From contig CAWKCE010000005.1 in the NCBI GenBank assembly GCA_963848085.1, forward strand, positions 444,407 to 508,406: a stretch of DNA of 64,000 bases, in the 5' to 3' direction. Under the pieces are notes generated by a model that saw only the letters and a program-made list of their open reading frames with translations, was not told the DNA's origin and did no database searches. The translations under genes were made by a program, and so were the position numbers. Position 1 is the stretch's first letter. Each line of letters opens with the position of its first letter. This DNA comes from an uncultured Actinomycetota bacterium. Its GTDB lineage: Bacteria > Actinomycetota > Actinomycetes > JAHEKZ01. Shown one piece after another: positions 30,439-40,408 of this stretch.

Positions 30439-30920
30439 GTCCCTCGACGCCCCGCGACCGCGATCCCGAGGGCCGGCCCCGGAACGCGCGCCCCCGCGAC
30501 GCCGCCGGTCGGCCGCTTCCGGTGGACGCTGACGGCGTGACGCCAGTCGACGAGACGCGCGAGCGCTCGCCCGAGGAGGCGTGCCACGAGGCACGTCGGC
30601 TGATCGACGACGGCCGTCCGTTCGCCGCCCACGAGGTCTTCGAGGGCATGTGGAAACGCGCCGACAACCCCGGCGACCAGGCTCTGTGGCGAGGGCTCAC
30701 TCAGCTGATGGTCGGCCTCACCCACCACCAGCGGGGCAACGACGTCGGCGCCGCGACCCTGCTGGATCGCGGCGCGGAGTCTCTGCCGGCCGCAACGGAC
30801 GTGCCCGGCATCGACCCAGCGGCCTGGGCGACGTGGGGCCGGCGAGCAGCCGAACAGGTCCGCGGTGGCGGAGATCCCCCGCCCCCTCCGGCGCTGGGAC
30901 GCCCCGCCGCGGGGCCCTAG
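30435..30920 (+). CDS. DUF309 protein
   Basis: RNARPRDAAGRPLP, FAAHEVFEGMWK, WRGLTQLMVGLTH. Confidence 0.85.
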   Translation: MSPSTPRDRDPEGRPRNARPRDAAGRPLPVDADGVTPVDETRERSPEEACHEARRLIDDGRPFAAHEVFEGMWKRADNPGDQALWRGLTQLMVGLTHHQRGNDVGAATLLDRGAESLPAATDVPGIDPAAWATWGRRAAEQVRGGGDPPPPPALGRPAAGP

Positions 30921-32095
30921 ACGCAGCGACCGGTGTCGACTGGCTCCGAGGCAGCTACGCCGGCACTCACCGCGGTCGCCACCTGACGCGCGGTCATCGC
31001 GTAGCCGGTGGAGTCATGGTCGAGTGAGCTGGCGAACACGATGCCGATCACGCGCCCCGTCGCGTCCAGCACCGGACCACCCGAGTTCCCCGGCCGGACC
31101 TCGGCCCGCAGCGCAAGGATCTGCCGAACGACGGTTCCCGTGCCGTAGATGTCGTTCCCGCTGGCCAGCTGAACGTCGCGGATCTTGCCCGCTACGGCCG
31201 TCAGAGGTCCGTCCTCCGGGTACCCAACCACTGCGACGTTCTCGCCGCGCAGCGCTTCCTGGTCGAAGGCCAGCGGTCCGGCCGGAAGGTCCGGCACGGC
31301 GAGCACGGCGAGGTCGAGCTCGGGGTCGAAGTAGACGACGCGAGCCGGGTAGCCCTTCCCGTCACCCCCCACGTACAGCACCGGCCGCACCACGCCGGCC
31401 ACGACATGTGCGTTGGTCAGAACGCGCTCCGGTGCGTACGCGAAACCGCTGCCCTCCAGCTGGCGGTCGCAGCTGGCCGGTCCGACGATCTTCACCGTCT
31501 CCGCGGCCGAGGCCTTCACCGCCTCCCGGCGCAGGATGCGGGCGTCCGGAGCCCCGACCGGAGCGACCTGCTCCGGGCCGAACCCGGCAAACACGTCCGG
31601 AAACCCGCTGTTGCCCCACAGCAGCTGGAGCTCCGCCGTGGCGGTGTGCGCCGAGTCCGGCATGAGCTGGTCGACGAACCCCAATACCTGTGACTGGCGC
31701 ACATCCCGCGCCACCGAGCTCTTGTTGCCGTGCACGAGCAGATCGGCGGAGAACCACGCGACCACCAGCAGCGAGAGCACCGCCAAGACGGAGCCGGCGG
31801 CCGCGTCGAGCTTGACTGCCGGCTTCCAGGTCATCCCCTCGCGGATCCGCTTGCCAAGCAGGCCGACGAGCACCTGCCCGCCCATTGCGCACAGGAACAC
31901 CACCGCCAGCGCCACGACGGCAGCACCGACTCCGGGGTTCCAGGAGCCGGCGATCCGCGGCGCCAGCCACAGACCCCCGGCAGCGCCCACCAGGAACCCG
32001 ATCAGCGACAGCAGCCCGTACACGAACCCGCGACGCCACCCTAACCACGCGAACACGAGCATGGCCACGACGAGGACGAGGTCGACGATGTTCAT
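30917..32095 (-). CDS. marP: MarP family membrane serine protease
   Basis: N-terminal CvpA-like TMs, GSGF, TNAHVVAG, DLAVL, GNSGGP. Confidence 0.93.
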   Translation of the reverse strand: MNIVDLVLVVAMLVFAWLGWRRGFVYGLLSLIGFLVGAAGGLWLAPRIAGSWNPGVGAAVVALAVVFLCAMGGQVLVGLLGKRIREGMTWKPAVKLDAAAGSVLAVLSLLVVAWFSADLLVHGNKSSVARDVRQSQVLGFVDQLMPDSAHTATAELQLLWGNSGFPDVFAGFGPEQVAPVGAPDARILRREAVKASAAETVKIVGPASCDRQLEGSGFAYAPERVLTNAHVVAGVVRPVLYVGGDGKGYPARVVYFDPELDLAVLAVPDLPAGPLAFDQEALRGENVAVVGYPEDGPLTAVAGKIRDVQLASGNDIYGTGTVVRQILALRAEVRPGNSGGPVLDATGRVIGIVFASSLDHDSTGYAMTARQVATAVSAGVAASEPVDTGRCV

Positions 32096-32757
32096 CGGCC
32101 GGTCTCCTCTCCGGTGGCACCCCGGTGTTCCGGGTCGGCGATGGGCTGCACGCGCGAGCGGTCCCAGGACCGCTCCCAACCCGACAAGTAGATCAGCCGA
32201 TCGAGCAATCCCCCGGTAAAGCCCCACACCACAAGGCCACGAACTTCGAAAGCCGGCCCGACGTATCCGCTCGGATGGCGGACCCGCAACCGGTTCGCGG
32301 GGTCGGTCAGCTCCACCAGCGGCACCCGGTGTACCGAGGCCACCTCCGCGGCGTCCACCGCACGGACCGAGGTCGGAGCCCGCCACCAGCCGATCACCGG
32401 GGTGACCACGTACCCGCTGGGAGGCAGGTACAGGTCGGGGAGCACCGCGACCACCTCGACACCGCCCGGGTCAAGCCCGGTCTCCTCGGCGGCCTCGCGC
32501 AGCGCAGCAGCAACCGGGCCGTCGTCCTCCGGGTCGACCGCACCGCCAGGGAAGGCCGGCTGACCGGCGTGGCTCCGCATGTCGTGCGCACGCTCGATCA
32601 GCAGCACATCGGGGCCGTCGTCGCCATCACCGAACAGGACCAGCACCGCCGACCGGCGCTCGGCGTCGCCGGGAGGGGTGAACCGGGACAGGTCCAGCGC
32701 CGCTACCCCGGTGGCCGCGGCCACCAGGGGCTGGAGCCACACGGGAAGCGACGTCAC
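32092..32757 (-). CDS. Nudix CoA pyrophosphatase
   Basis: SAVLVLF, HAGQPAFPGG, ALREAAEETGL, VWGFTG. Confidence 0.92.
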   Translation of the reverse strand: MTSLPVWLQPLVAAATGVAALDLSRFTPPGDAERRSAVLVLFGDGDDGPDVLLIERAHDMRSHAGQPAFPGGAVDPEDDGPVAAALREAAEETGLDPGGVEVVAVLPDLYLPPSGYVVTPVIGWWRAPTSVRAVDAAEVASVHRVPLVELTDPANRLRVRHPSGYVGPAFEVRGLVVWGFTGGLLDRLIYLSGWERSWDRSRVQPIADPEHRGATGEETGR

Positions 32758-33359
32758 GGCGTGCCGACCCCCAAGTAGCGCGCCACCTGACGGCGCACGT
32801 CCGCCTCAGACGCGAATGGTCCCACCTGGACGTGGACGATCTCACCGTCCTCGCTGACGAACAGCGTGGTGGGTTTGGCCGGGATGCCGATGGCCCGCGC
32901 GAACTCGTTCGACGGGTCGGACACCGAAGGGAACGTGACTGCCAGGGCGTCCAGCAGGCCCGCAGCGGAGTCGGGCTGGTCTTCGGCGTCCACCCCCAGG
33001 ACGTCGACGCCGTCGAGATAGACCGCCTGCAGCCAGGGCAGCTCGGTGCGGCACGGTGGACACCAGCTCGCCCAGACGTTGACCAGCCGCGGTGTGCCCG
33101 CCAGTCCGGCCATGCGGACGTCCGGCCCCTCACCGAGGCAGGGCAGCCGGACGTCCGGCAAGCCGTCGCCGCGCGCCTGGCTCGACGGGCGGCTGCCGGG
33201 ACAGGGATCCAGTGCCGCTGTCGCTGGGACGGCCGTGCCTGCGGCGTCGGTGGCAGACCGGCCGGCCGTGTCCGGCGCGGAGGCGCCGCACGCCGCCAGC
33301 ACCAGGGCTGCCGCCACGGTGGCGCTGACGACCGACGTCTGGGCCAGCCGTCGGGTCAC
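32754..33359 (-). CDS. TlpA/ResA thioredoxin-like lipoprotein
   Basis: Lipobox [20 protein letters not shown]. Confidence 0.88.
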   Translation of the reverse strand: MTRRLAQTSVVSATVAAALVLAACGASAPDTAGRSATDAAGTAVPATAALDPCPGSRPSSQARGDGLPDVRLPCLGEGPDVRMAGLAGTPRLVNVWASWCPPCRTELPWLQAVYLDGVDVLGVDAEDQPDSAAGLLDALAVTFPSVSDPSNEFARAIGIPAKPTTLFVSEDGEIVHVQVGPFASEADVRRQVARYLGVGTP

Positions 33360-34081
33360 GGCTGGTCCTTCACCAGCCGGGCCGCGGCGACCGGGTCGGT
33401 GGGGCCCTCGCCGAACGACGGGCACCAACGCGCCACCGGACAGGCACCGCAGGCGGGCGTGCGGGCATGGCACCGACGGCGACCGTGCCAGATCAGGTTG
33501 TGCGACAGCTGGGTCCAGTCCTTCCGGGGGAACAGCGCGCCGACTGCGGCCTCGACCTTGTCCGGGTCGGTCAGCTCGGTCCATCCAAACCGACGGGCCA
33601 GCCGCCCGAAGTGGGTGTCGACGGTGATCCCCGGCACGCCGAAGGCATTGCCCAACACAACATTGGCGGTCTTGCGACCCACACCGGGCAAGGTGACCAG
33701 GTCCGTCAACCGGCCGGGGACCTCCCCGCCGTAGCGATCGCACAGCGCCTGCCCCAGGCCCATGATCGAGTTGGTCTTCGCCCGGTAGAAGCCGGTCGAC
33801 TTGACGAGCGTCTCCAGCTCCTCACGGTCTGCCGCGGCGTAGTCAGCGGCGGAAGGGTAGCGCTCGAACAGCACCGGGGTGGTGAGGTTCACCCGTTTGT
33901 CGGTGCACTGCGCGGACAGGATGGTCGCCACGAGGAGCTCCAACGGCGTGGAGAAGTCCAGCTCACAGTGCGCCTCGGGGTAGGTGAGGGCCAGTTCGCG
34001 GTTGATCCGGCGGGCTCGGCGCACCAGAGCGGTGCGGCTCTCCACCTGTGTCTCGGGCCCAGAAGGTGCTCGACCGGTCAC
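33356..34081 (-). CDS. nth: Endonuclease III
   Basis: [16 protein letters not shown] HhH, VDTH, C-x6-C-x2-C-x5-C Fe-S motif. Confidence 0.97.
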   Translation of the reverse strand: MTGRAPSGPETQVESRTALVRRARRINRELALTYPEAHCELDFSTPLELLVATILSAQCTDKRVNLTTPVLFERYPSAADYAAADREELETLVKSTGFYRAKTNSIMGLGQALCDRYGGEVPGRLTDLVTLPGVGRKTANVVLGNAFGVPGITVDTHFGRLARRFGWTELTDPDKVEAAVGALFPRKDWTQLSHNLIWHGRRRCHARTPACGACPVARWCPSFGEGPTDPVAAARLVKDQP

Positions 34082-34227
34082 TGGGCAAGCCTAGGGAGGC
34101 CCGCCTGGCGTGCCACCGTCCGGGTGACGAAGGCTCAACTTCGGCGTCCTGGCCGACGATTCGGCTGGCAGGGATCAGGTCCGCGACCCGGACCGACCGG
34201 TGGGACGAGCAGGGGATGAGGGAGCCG

Positions 34228-34782
34228 ATGACGACTCGGACCGGGGAGCCGAAGGGGCCACCGGCCGGCTCCCGCGCGTCCAAACGGGAGCAGCCGGTCC
34301 GCAGCCCCGAGTTCGCACACCTGACGTTGCCGGCTCTCCGCGCGTACCGCCAGGCGCTCACCGGTGAGGAGAACAAGGTCTCCTACTGGCGGCGGCTCAT
34401 CCAGGCGCGCATGGACCTGCTCGAGATGACCGGCATGGACGACACCGTCCGTCTGGCCCGCCTGCGTACCGCCCTCAGCGAGCAGCGCGTGGGGATCGGC
34501 CGCCAGGCACTGGTCGAGATCGTCCCCATCGAGGACGCGCCACCGCTGCCCGACCTGGCAGACCTGTGGGCCCGCGAGGTCGGCGAGGACGACCGCACGA
34601 TGGGAGCCGAGCTCCGCAAGGAGCTGGCCTTCGCCGAGCTGCAGCTGTCGGCCTACCGGGCAGCGCTGCACCGGAGGCTGAGCAAGGCCACCGGTGAACT
34701 CATCGCTCGCTACCACGAGGACCCTCCCCTCGCACTCATCGCGCTGCCTCTCACTCCCGCGGACCGCGCCGCGCTCGGCTGA
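34228..34782 (+). CDS. RsiG/AmfC-like putative c-di-GMP-binding anti-sigma protein
   Basis: ENKVSYWRRLIQARMD fits E-x3-S-x2-R-x3-Q-x3-D; second degenerate motif ELQLSAYRAALHRRLS; ELIARY near the C-terminus. Confidence 0.72.
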   Translation: MTTRTGEPKGPPAGSRASKREQPVRSPEFAHLTLPALRAYRQALTGEENKVSYWRRLIQARMDLLEMTGMDDTVRLARLRTALSEQRVGIGRQALVEIVPIEDAPPLPDLADLWAREVGEDDRTMGAELRKELAFAELQLSAYRAALHRRLSKATGELIARYHEDPPLALIALPLTPADRAALG

Positions 34783-34886
34783 CGGACCGCGGTTGGTGGC
34801 ACCGACCGCTCACCACGGGCACACTGGCCCCCACGACAGCACCCGCCCGGTCGGGCGGATGCCCGCGGCGCCGGCTGGGAGGACCA

Positions 34887-35568
34887 GTGGAGAACGACGT
34901 CGTTCGACGCACGCCGCTGTTCGCGGCCCTGGACGACGACGCCGCATCCGCGCTGCGCGCATCGATGTCGCAGACGACGATCGGGCGCGGCCAGGTGGTC
35001 TTCGCCGAAGGCGAGCCCGGCGATCGACTCTTCGTCGTCGTCGAGGGCAAGGTGAAGCTGGGTCAGACATCCGTCGACGGCCGTGAACAGGTGATGGCGA
35101 TCGTGGGGCCGGGCGGGATGTTCGGCGAGCTGTCGCTGTTCGACCCCGGCCTGCGCACCTCCACGGCCACTGCCGTCACCGACACTGTCCTCCTCGGGCT
35201 CGGCCAAGGCGACCTCCGCCCCTGGCTGACCGGGCGTCCGGAGGTGGCCGAGGCACTCCTGCGCGCGCTTGCCCAACGCCTCCGGCGCACGAACGAGGCC
35301 ATGGCGGACCTGGTCTTCAGCGACGTGCCCGGGGCGGGTCGCCAAAGCGCTGCTCGACCTCGCAGACAAGTTCGGCCAGCCGCAGGATGACGGCACCCTC
35401 CTGGTGGCGCACGACCTCACCCAGGAGGAGCTCGCTCAGCTCGTCGGAGCGTCCCGCGAAACGGTCAACAAGTCGCTCGCCGACTTCGCCCAGCGCGGCT
35501 GGCTGCGGATCGAGGCCCGATCAGTGGTGCTGCTCGACGTAGAGCGGCTCACCCGTCGGGCGCGCTAG
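34887..35568 (+). pseudogene. crp: Crp/GlxR cAMP receptor protein, frameshifted (real or sequencing error)
   Basis: cNMP domain (FGELSLFDPGLRTST) and HTH ([19 protein letters not shown]) are in different frames; one extra G in CCCGGGGCGG at 35328-35337. Confidence 0.88.
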
Positions 35569-36409
35569 CCGGCGCACTCCGGGCAAGCGCCTCACCGGCA
35601 CGGAGCACGCCGCGCCCCGACAGGTACACCAGCTGCGCCCTGACCTGTGCGTCGACCGCCTCTCGCAAGCCAGGCCCGGGCATGCCGTACACCGCCTGCG
35701 CGATCGTCCGGACGTCACCGGAACCGGCCGTCATGGCCGCCTGCACCTGCTCGAGACGGTCCTCGCGGTGCGCGAGGAGCACGTCCAGCACCCGCAACGG
35801 CTCGTCCAGCTGCGGTCCGTGTCCCGGCAGGAGTCGGATCGCGTTACCCGCGGCCGAGACGGCACGCAGCCGGTTGAGCGACGACAGGTACTCGCCAAGC
35901 CGCCCGTCCGGATGGGCGACGAGCGCCGTCCCTCGCCCCAGGACGGTGTCGCCGGTCACGAGCGACCCGTCCACCGGCACGAACAACGACAGCGAGTCGC
36001 TGGTGTGGCCGGGGGTCGCCATCACCTCGACCACCATTCCGCCGACGTCGAACGAGTCCCCGTCGACCAAGGGGACGGTCCCTCGACACCAGGCCGGGTC
36101 CAGCGCTCGCACCGGGGCGCCGGTCGCATCGGCGAAGGCGTCGACGTTGCCGGTGTGGTCCGGGTGGTGGTGCGTGACCACGGCGAGGGCCGGGCTCACC
36201 CCCAGGTCCGTCATGGCGTCGAGAACCGCAGACAGGTGGTCCGGGTCGGCCGGACCAGGGTCGACGACCACGCATCGTCCAGAGTTGGGCTCGGCCAGGA
36301 TCCAGGTGTTCGTTCCGTCCAGGGTCAAGCTGCCCGGGTTGTTTGCCACCACGCAGTGCGCCCGTTGCGGGTCGCCACCTGGCCGGTCGTCGATGGAGTG
36401 GTCGGTCAC
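35549..36409 (-). CDS. MBL-fold metallohydrolase
   Basis: [38 protein letters not shown]. Confidence 0.92.
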   Translation of the reverse strand: MTDHSIDDRPGGDPQRAHCVVANNPGSLTLDGTNTWILAEPNSGRCVVVDPGPADPDHLSAVLDAMTDLGVSPALAVVTHHHPDHTGNVDAFADATGAPVRALDPAWCRGTVPLVDGDSFDVGGMVVEVMATPGHTSDSLSLFVPVDGSLVTGDTVLGRGTALVAHPDGRLGEYLSSLNRLRAVSAAGNAIRLLPGHGPQLDEPLRVLDVLLAHREDRLEQVQAAMTAGSGDVRTIAQAVYGMPGPGLREAVDAQVRAQLVYLSGRGVLRAGEALARSAPASAPDG

Positions 36410-36984
36410 TTCGTCACCGCCTCAATCTGGGTCGGAGCCGCCGCAAGCGCCGCCTCGACGTCAGCGAATGCGGCGAGCTCGACCAGGGTCGAGATGGTCG
36501 GTGGCCACATGGCCAGCTCCCCGGCCGCGAACCGCTCGACCGCTGCCGAGATGACCACCCACTCGGCATGAGCCACCTCAGCAGCCGTCGGCCGCGGATC
36601 GGCGTCCTGCGGGCAGCGGGTCACGAAGAAACGAGCATCGAAGCGGCGGGGCGAGCCGACGGGAGTGACCCAACGTGCCCAGGGGACCAGGGAGTCGGGG
36701 GCCACCTCGACACCACACTCCTCCCGCGTCTCGCGCACCGCTGCGGCCACGAGACTCCCGGCGCGCGAGCAGCTGTCGTCTCCCCACACCTGTGCGTGCT
36801 TGGGCAGGTCGACCTGTGGCAGGTCGACGGCGGAGTCCTCGGGGTCGACGGCCCCACCCGGGAAGGCATGCATGTCGGCAGCGAACACCATCGTGGACGC
36901 CCGCCGCTGGAGCCACACCTCCATGCCGTCACTGCCGTCACGCAGCAGGACAACCGTCGACGCGTCGCGAACCGGAACATCCAC
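36406..36984 (-). CDS. NUDIX hydrolase (Nudt19-like)
   Basis: DASTVVLLRD, FPGGAVD, AAVRETREECG, WVTP...RRFDARFF. Confidence 0.9.
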   Translation of the reverse strand: MDVPVRDASTVVLLRDGSDGMEVWLQRRASTMVFAADMHAFPGGAVDPEDSAVDLPQVDLPKHAQVWGDDSCSRAGSLVAAAVRETREECGVEVAPDSLVPWARWVTPVGSPRRFDARFFVTRCPQDADPRPTAAEVAHAEWVVISAAVERFAAGELAMWPPTISTLVELAAFADVEAALAAAPTQIEAVTK

Positions 36985-37012
36985 CCCACGATCGTAGGGC
37001 CGCGACCGCCGG

Positions 37013-38218
37013 TCAGCCCGCGACGGCGGAAGGCCGCAGCAGCGGGCGGCCCAGATCGACGGCGAACCGGGCCACGAGTGGTCCCACGACGGCAAGCACG
37101 ATGACGTAGCCGGTCGCCACGGCGCCGAGCTCCACCAGTCCAGCGGTCGTCGCGAGGCCCGCGACCAGAATGCTGAACTCGCCGCGCGCCACCAACGTGC
37201 CGCCCGCACGAAGGCGCCCGCGAGGCGAGGCTCCCTCGCGGGCTGCGGCATACCAGCCGGTCACCATCTTGGTCACCACCGTGACGCCCCCGAGTGCGGC
37301 AGCCACCGGCAGCACCGGCAGCAGGTCGGCCGGGTCGGTAGAGAGCCCGAAGCTCAGGAAGAAGATGGCCGCGAAGAGGTTGCGCAGTGGGGTCAGCACC
37401 GCACGGGCACGCTCGGCGGCTCGTCCGGTCAGTGCCAGTCCGACCAGGAACGCCCCGACGGCGGCCGACGCCTCGAGGACCTGAGTGAGACCGGCCACCA
37501 GGAGCGTGATCCCCAGCACCCGGAGCATCACCTGCTCGTCGTCGTCGGAGACCACCGCCCGGGTCAGCCGGTCCTGGTAGCGCGCCGACGACCAGGCCAC
37601 CGCCAGCACCGCACCGACCGCGGCGGCGGCCGCGAGCGCGGCCTGCCACCACTCGCCGCCGCCGAGAAGAACGGCGATGACGGGCAGGTACACCGCCATG
37701 GCGATGTCCTCCAGCACCAGGATGCTCAGCACCGCCGGCGTCTCCCGGTTGGCGATGCGGCCGAGGTCACTCAGCACCTGGACCGCGATTCCCGACGACG
37801 ACACCCAGGTGACGCCGGCGAGGGCGCAGGCGCCCAGCCAGCCGGCACCCAGGAGCCACCCGGCGACGAACCCCGGTCCGGCGTTCAGGACCAGGTCGAC
37901 GAGCCCGGCCGGACCCTGGCGACGCAGGGTCGCGGTGAACTCCTTGCCGGTGAACTCCAGGCCCACGGTGAGCATCAGCAAGACGATTCCGAGCTCGGCG
38001 GCGCCGCTGATGAAGGCGGCGGAGCCCGGGAGGGGCGCTACTCCACCGGCTCCGAATGCCAGCCCGGCAACCAAGTAGAGCGGCACGACGGAGACACCAA
38101 ATCTACGCGCGATCATCCCCAACAGGCCCAGCGCAAGCAGCACCAGTCCGAACTCGATCAGCAGTGTGCTCGACGCACTGCCGGGTGCACCGGCGGCCCG
38201 GACCGCCTCGACGGGCAC
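37013..38218 (-). CDS. CPA2 cation:proton antiporter (KhtU/YhaU-like)
   Basis: PLYLVAGL, SSSGI, LGRIANRETP, LVLEDIAM, ARGEFSI. Confidence 0.9.
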   Translation of the reverse strand: MPVEAVRAAGAPGSASSTLLIEFGLVLLALGLLGMIARRFGVSVVPLYLVAGLAFGAGGVAPLPGSAAFISGAAELGIVLLMLTVGLEFTGKEFTATLRRQGPAGLVDLVLNAGPGFVAGWLLGAGWLGACALAGVTWVSSSGIAVQVLSDLGRIANRETPAVLSILVLEDIAMAVYLPVIAVLLGGGEWWQAALAAAAAVGAVLAVAWSSARYQDRLTRAVVSDDDEQVMLRVLGITLLVAGLTQVLEASAAVGAFLVGLALTGRAAERARAVLTPLRNLFAAIFFLSFGLSTDPADLLPVLPVAAALGGVTVVTKMVTGWYAAAREGASPRGRLRAGGTLVARGEFSILVAGLATTAGLVELGAVATGYVIVLAVVGPLVARFAVDLGRPLLRPSAVAG

Positions 38219-38222
38219 GACG

Positions 38223-38702
38223 CTATCCGGAGAACAGGGCACGGACCGCGCGGATACCCTCGTCCGTACCGATGACCACGAGGACGTCTCCTGCGCGTAG
38301 CGGGTGCCCAGGTGCCGGTGATGCGGTGATCTCCTCGGCGTGGACGACCGCGACGATCGAGGCCCCCGTGAGCGTGCGGCAGCGGCTGTCCCCGAGGGTG
38401 CGCCCGGCGAAGGGGGAGCTGGCGGTGACCTCGACCTGGCCGGACAGCAGCCCGGGGATCTCCTTCGTGAGGTCGGCGAACCGTTCGGCGATACGAGCAG
38501 CTCCCAGAATCTCGGCGATCACGTCCGCCTCCTGCTCGGTGAGAGCGAGGGACGCCGTCGTGGCGTCAGGGTCCTCCCGGGAGTACACCGCCACCTCGAA
38601 CCGACCGGTCCGGTGGGCAACAATGCCGACGCGCCTCCCGGACTCGAGGGTGAAGTCGAACCGCAGACCGACACCAGGCAACATCGTCTCGGTGACGTCC
38701 AC
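38223..38702 (-). CDS. Antiporter regulatory subunit with RCK_C/TrkA-C domain (KhtT-like)
   Basis: ETMLPGVGLRFDF, DPD, GASIVAVV, GDVLVVIGT. Confidence 0.9.
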   Translation of the reverse strand: MDVTETMLPGVGLRFDFTLESGRRVGIVAHRTGRFEVAVYSREDPDATTASLALTEQEADVIAEILGAARIAERFADLTKEIPGLLSGQVEVTASSPFAGRTLGDSRCRTLTGASIVAVVHAEEITASPAPGHPLRAGDVLVVIGTDEGIRAVRALFSG

Positions 38703-38706
38703 GTGG

Positions 38707-39168
38707 TCACGCCACTTCGAAGAGGATCTCGACCTCGACCGGCGAGTCCAGCGGGAGAGCGGTGACCCCCACGGCACTGCGCGCGTGCACCCCGGCATCG
38801 CCGAAGACGGCGCCCAGCAGCTCGCTCACCCCGTTCACCACCGCGGGCGCACCGGTGAACTCCGGTGTCGAGGCCACGAAGCCGACGACTTTGACCACCC
38901 GCGTCACCGCGGACAGGTCACCGACGACGGAGCGCACCGCCGCGAGCGCGTTGAGCCCGCAGATCTGCGCCAGCTCCTTGGCCCGCTCCGGGCTGACCTC
39001 GGCGCCCACCTTGCCGGTTTCCGCGAGGACCCCGTCCACCATCGGGAGCTGCCCGGACGTGTAGACGTACGACCCAGTACGGACCGCCGGTACGTAGGCG
39101 GCCACCGGCTTTGCCACCTCGGGGATGCTGAGCCCGAGTCCTGCCAAGCGGTCCTCTGGCGTGCTCAT
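38707..39168 (-). CDS. RidA/YjgF family protein
   Basis: AAYVPAV, YTSGQLP, HARSAVGV, LPLDSPVEVE. Confidence 0.93.
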   Translation of the reverse strand: MSTPEDRLAGLGLSIPEVAKPVAAYVPAVRTGSYVYTSGQLPMVDGVLAETGKVGAEVSPERAKELAQICGLNALAAVRSVVGDLSAVTRVVKVVGFVASTPEFTGAPAVVNGVSELLGAVFGDAGVHARSAVGVTALPLDSPVEVEILFEVA

Positions 39169-39326
39169 GTGTTCTCCTTGGCTCGCTTGAGGTAGGCGAC
39201 GAGCTGCTCCGAGTTGGGTCCCGGTACGACCTGCACCAGCTCCCAGCCATCCTGCCCCCACGTGTCGAGAATCTGCTTGGTGGCGTGGACCAGCAACGGC
39301 ACGGTGCTGTACTCCCAGACGGTCAT
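39165..39326 (-). CDS. DUF4177 small protein
   Basis: Manual translation MTVWEYSTVPLLVHATKQILDTWGQDGWELVQV...AYLKR (53 aa). Confidence 0.9.
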   Translation of the reverse strand: MTVWEYSTVPLLVHATKQILDTWGQDGWELVQVVPGPNSEQLVAYLKRAKENT

Positions 39327-39332
39327 GCCGCA

Positions 39333-39379
39333 GACCTTAGCCGCCGCCCGGGCGGCCCCCTACCGCCGCGGCTAAGGTC
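39333..39379. promoter_or_regulatory. Symmetric divergent leaderless promoter (12-bp perfect inverted repeat)
   Basis: gaccttagccgc-N23-gcggctaaggtc; each arm holds a TAAGGT -10 located 7 nt from a start codon. Confidence 0.65.
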
Positions 39380-39385
39380 GAAGCC

Positions 39386-40408
39386 GTGGCAGCACACTCC
39401 GATCGCGGAGCCCGGCGACGCCGGCCGGCCGCGAACCCGTTCTCCGGGGTCCGCCTCCATGTCGTCACCGGCAAGGGGGGTACCGGCAAGACCACGACCG
39501 CGGCTGCGCTGGCCCTGTCGCTGGCGTCCGGCGGACGGAGCGTCCTGCTGCTGGAGGTCGAGGGCAGGCAAGGGATCGCGCAGCTGTTCGACGTCCCACC
39601 GTTGCCGTACGAGGAGCGCAAGGTCGCCGTTGGGATCGACGGTGGGGACGTGCACGCACTGGCCATCGACCCCGAAGACGCGTTGTACGAGTACCTCGAC
39701 ATGTACTACCGCCTCGGCCGGGCCGGGAAGGCGCTCCGCCGCGCGGGGGTCGTCGAGTTCGCCACGACGATCGCCCCCGGGGTCCGCGATGTCCTCCTCA
39801 CCGGGAAGGCGTTCGAGGCCGTGCGGCGCAAGGAGGGGCCGAGCCACGTCTACGACGCGGTCGTTCTGGACGCCCCTCCAACCGGGCGCATCACGCGCTT
39901 CCTGAACGTCAACAGCGAGGTGGCCGGGCTCGCCAAGGTGGGGCCCATTCGGCGGCAGGCGGACAACATCATGGGTCTGCTCCGCTCCCCGGCCACCGCG
40001 GTCCACCTGGTCACGCTGCTGGAGGAGATGCCGACCCAGGAGACGATCGACGGGGTGGGTGGGCTGCGCGCCACGGGGCTTCCGGTCGGTGGCGTCGTGG
40101 TCAACATGGTGCGCGAACCCCTGCTCGGATCGGCCGCGCTGCAGGCAGCGGGCAAGGGCACCCTGGACCGCGCCGAGGTCGAGAGCGGCGTTGCCGCTGC
40201 CGGCCTGGAGGGACATGCGGGCGTGGTCGACGCCCTGCTCACCGAGGCGTCGGACCATGCGGAGCGAGTCCGGCTCCAGCGTGCCGAGCGCCGCCGGCTC
40301 CGGTCCCTGGAGCTGCCGATGCTCGAGCTTCCCTGGCTCGCCGACGGCGTCGACCTGTCCGGCCTGTACGAGCTGGCCGGAGCGCTCCGTCGGCAGGGGG
40401 TGTCGTGA
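39386..40408 (+). CDS. ArsA/Get3-like ATPase (Rv3679-like)
   Basis: VTGKGGTGKTT, EVEGRQG, DAPPTGR, LLEEMP. Confidence 0.9.
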   Translation: MAAHSDRGARRRRPAANPFSGVRLHVVTGKGGTGKTTTAAALALSLASGGRSVLLLEVEGRQGIAQLFDVPPLPYEERKVAVGIDGGDVHALAIDPEDALYEYLDMYYRLGRAGKALRRAGVVEFATTIAPGVRDVLLTGKAFEAVRRKEGPSHVYDAVVLDAPPTGRITRFLNVNSEVAGLAKVGPIRRQADNIMGLLRSPATAVHLVTLLEEMPTQETIDGVGGLRATGLPVGGVVVNMVREPLLGSAALQAAGKGTLDRAEVESGVAAAGLEGHAGVVDALLTEASDHAERVRLQRAERRRLRSLELPMLELPWLADGVDLSGLYELAGALRRQGVS

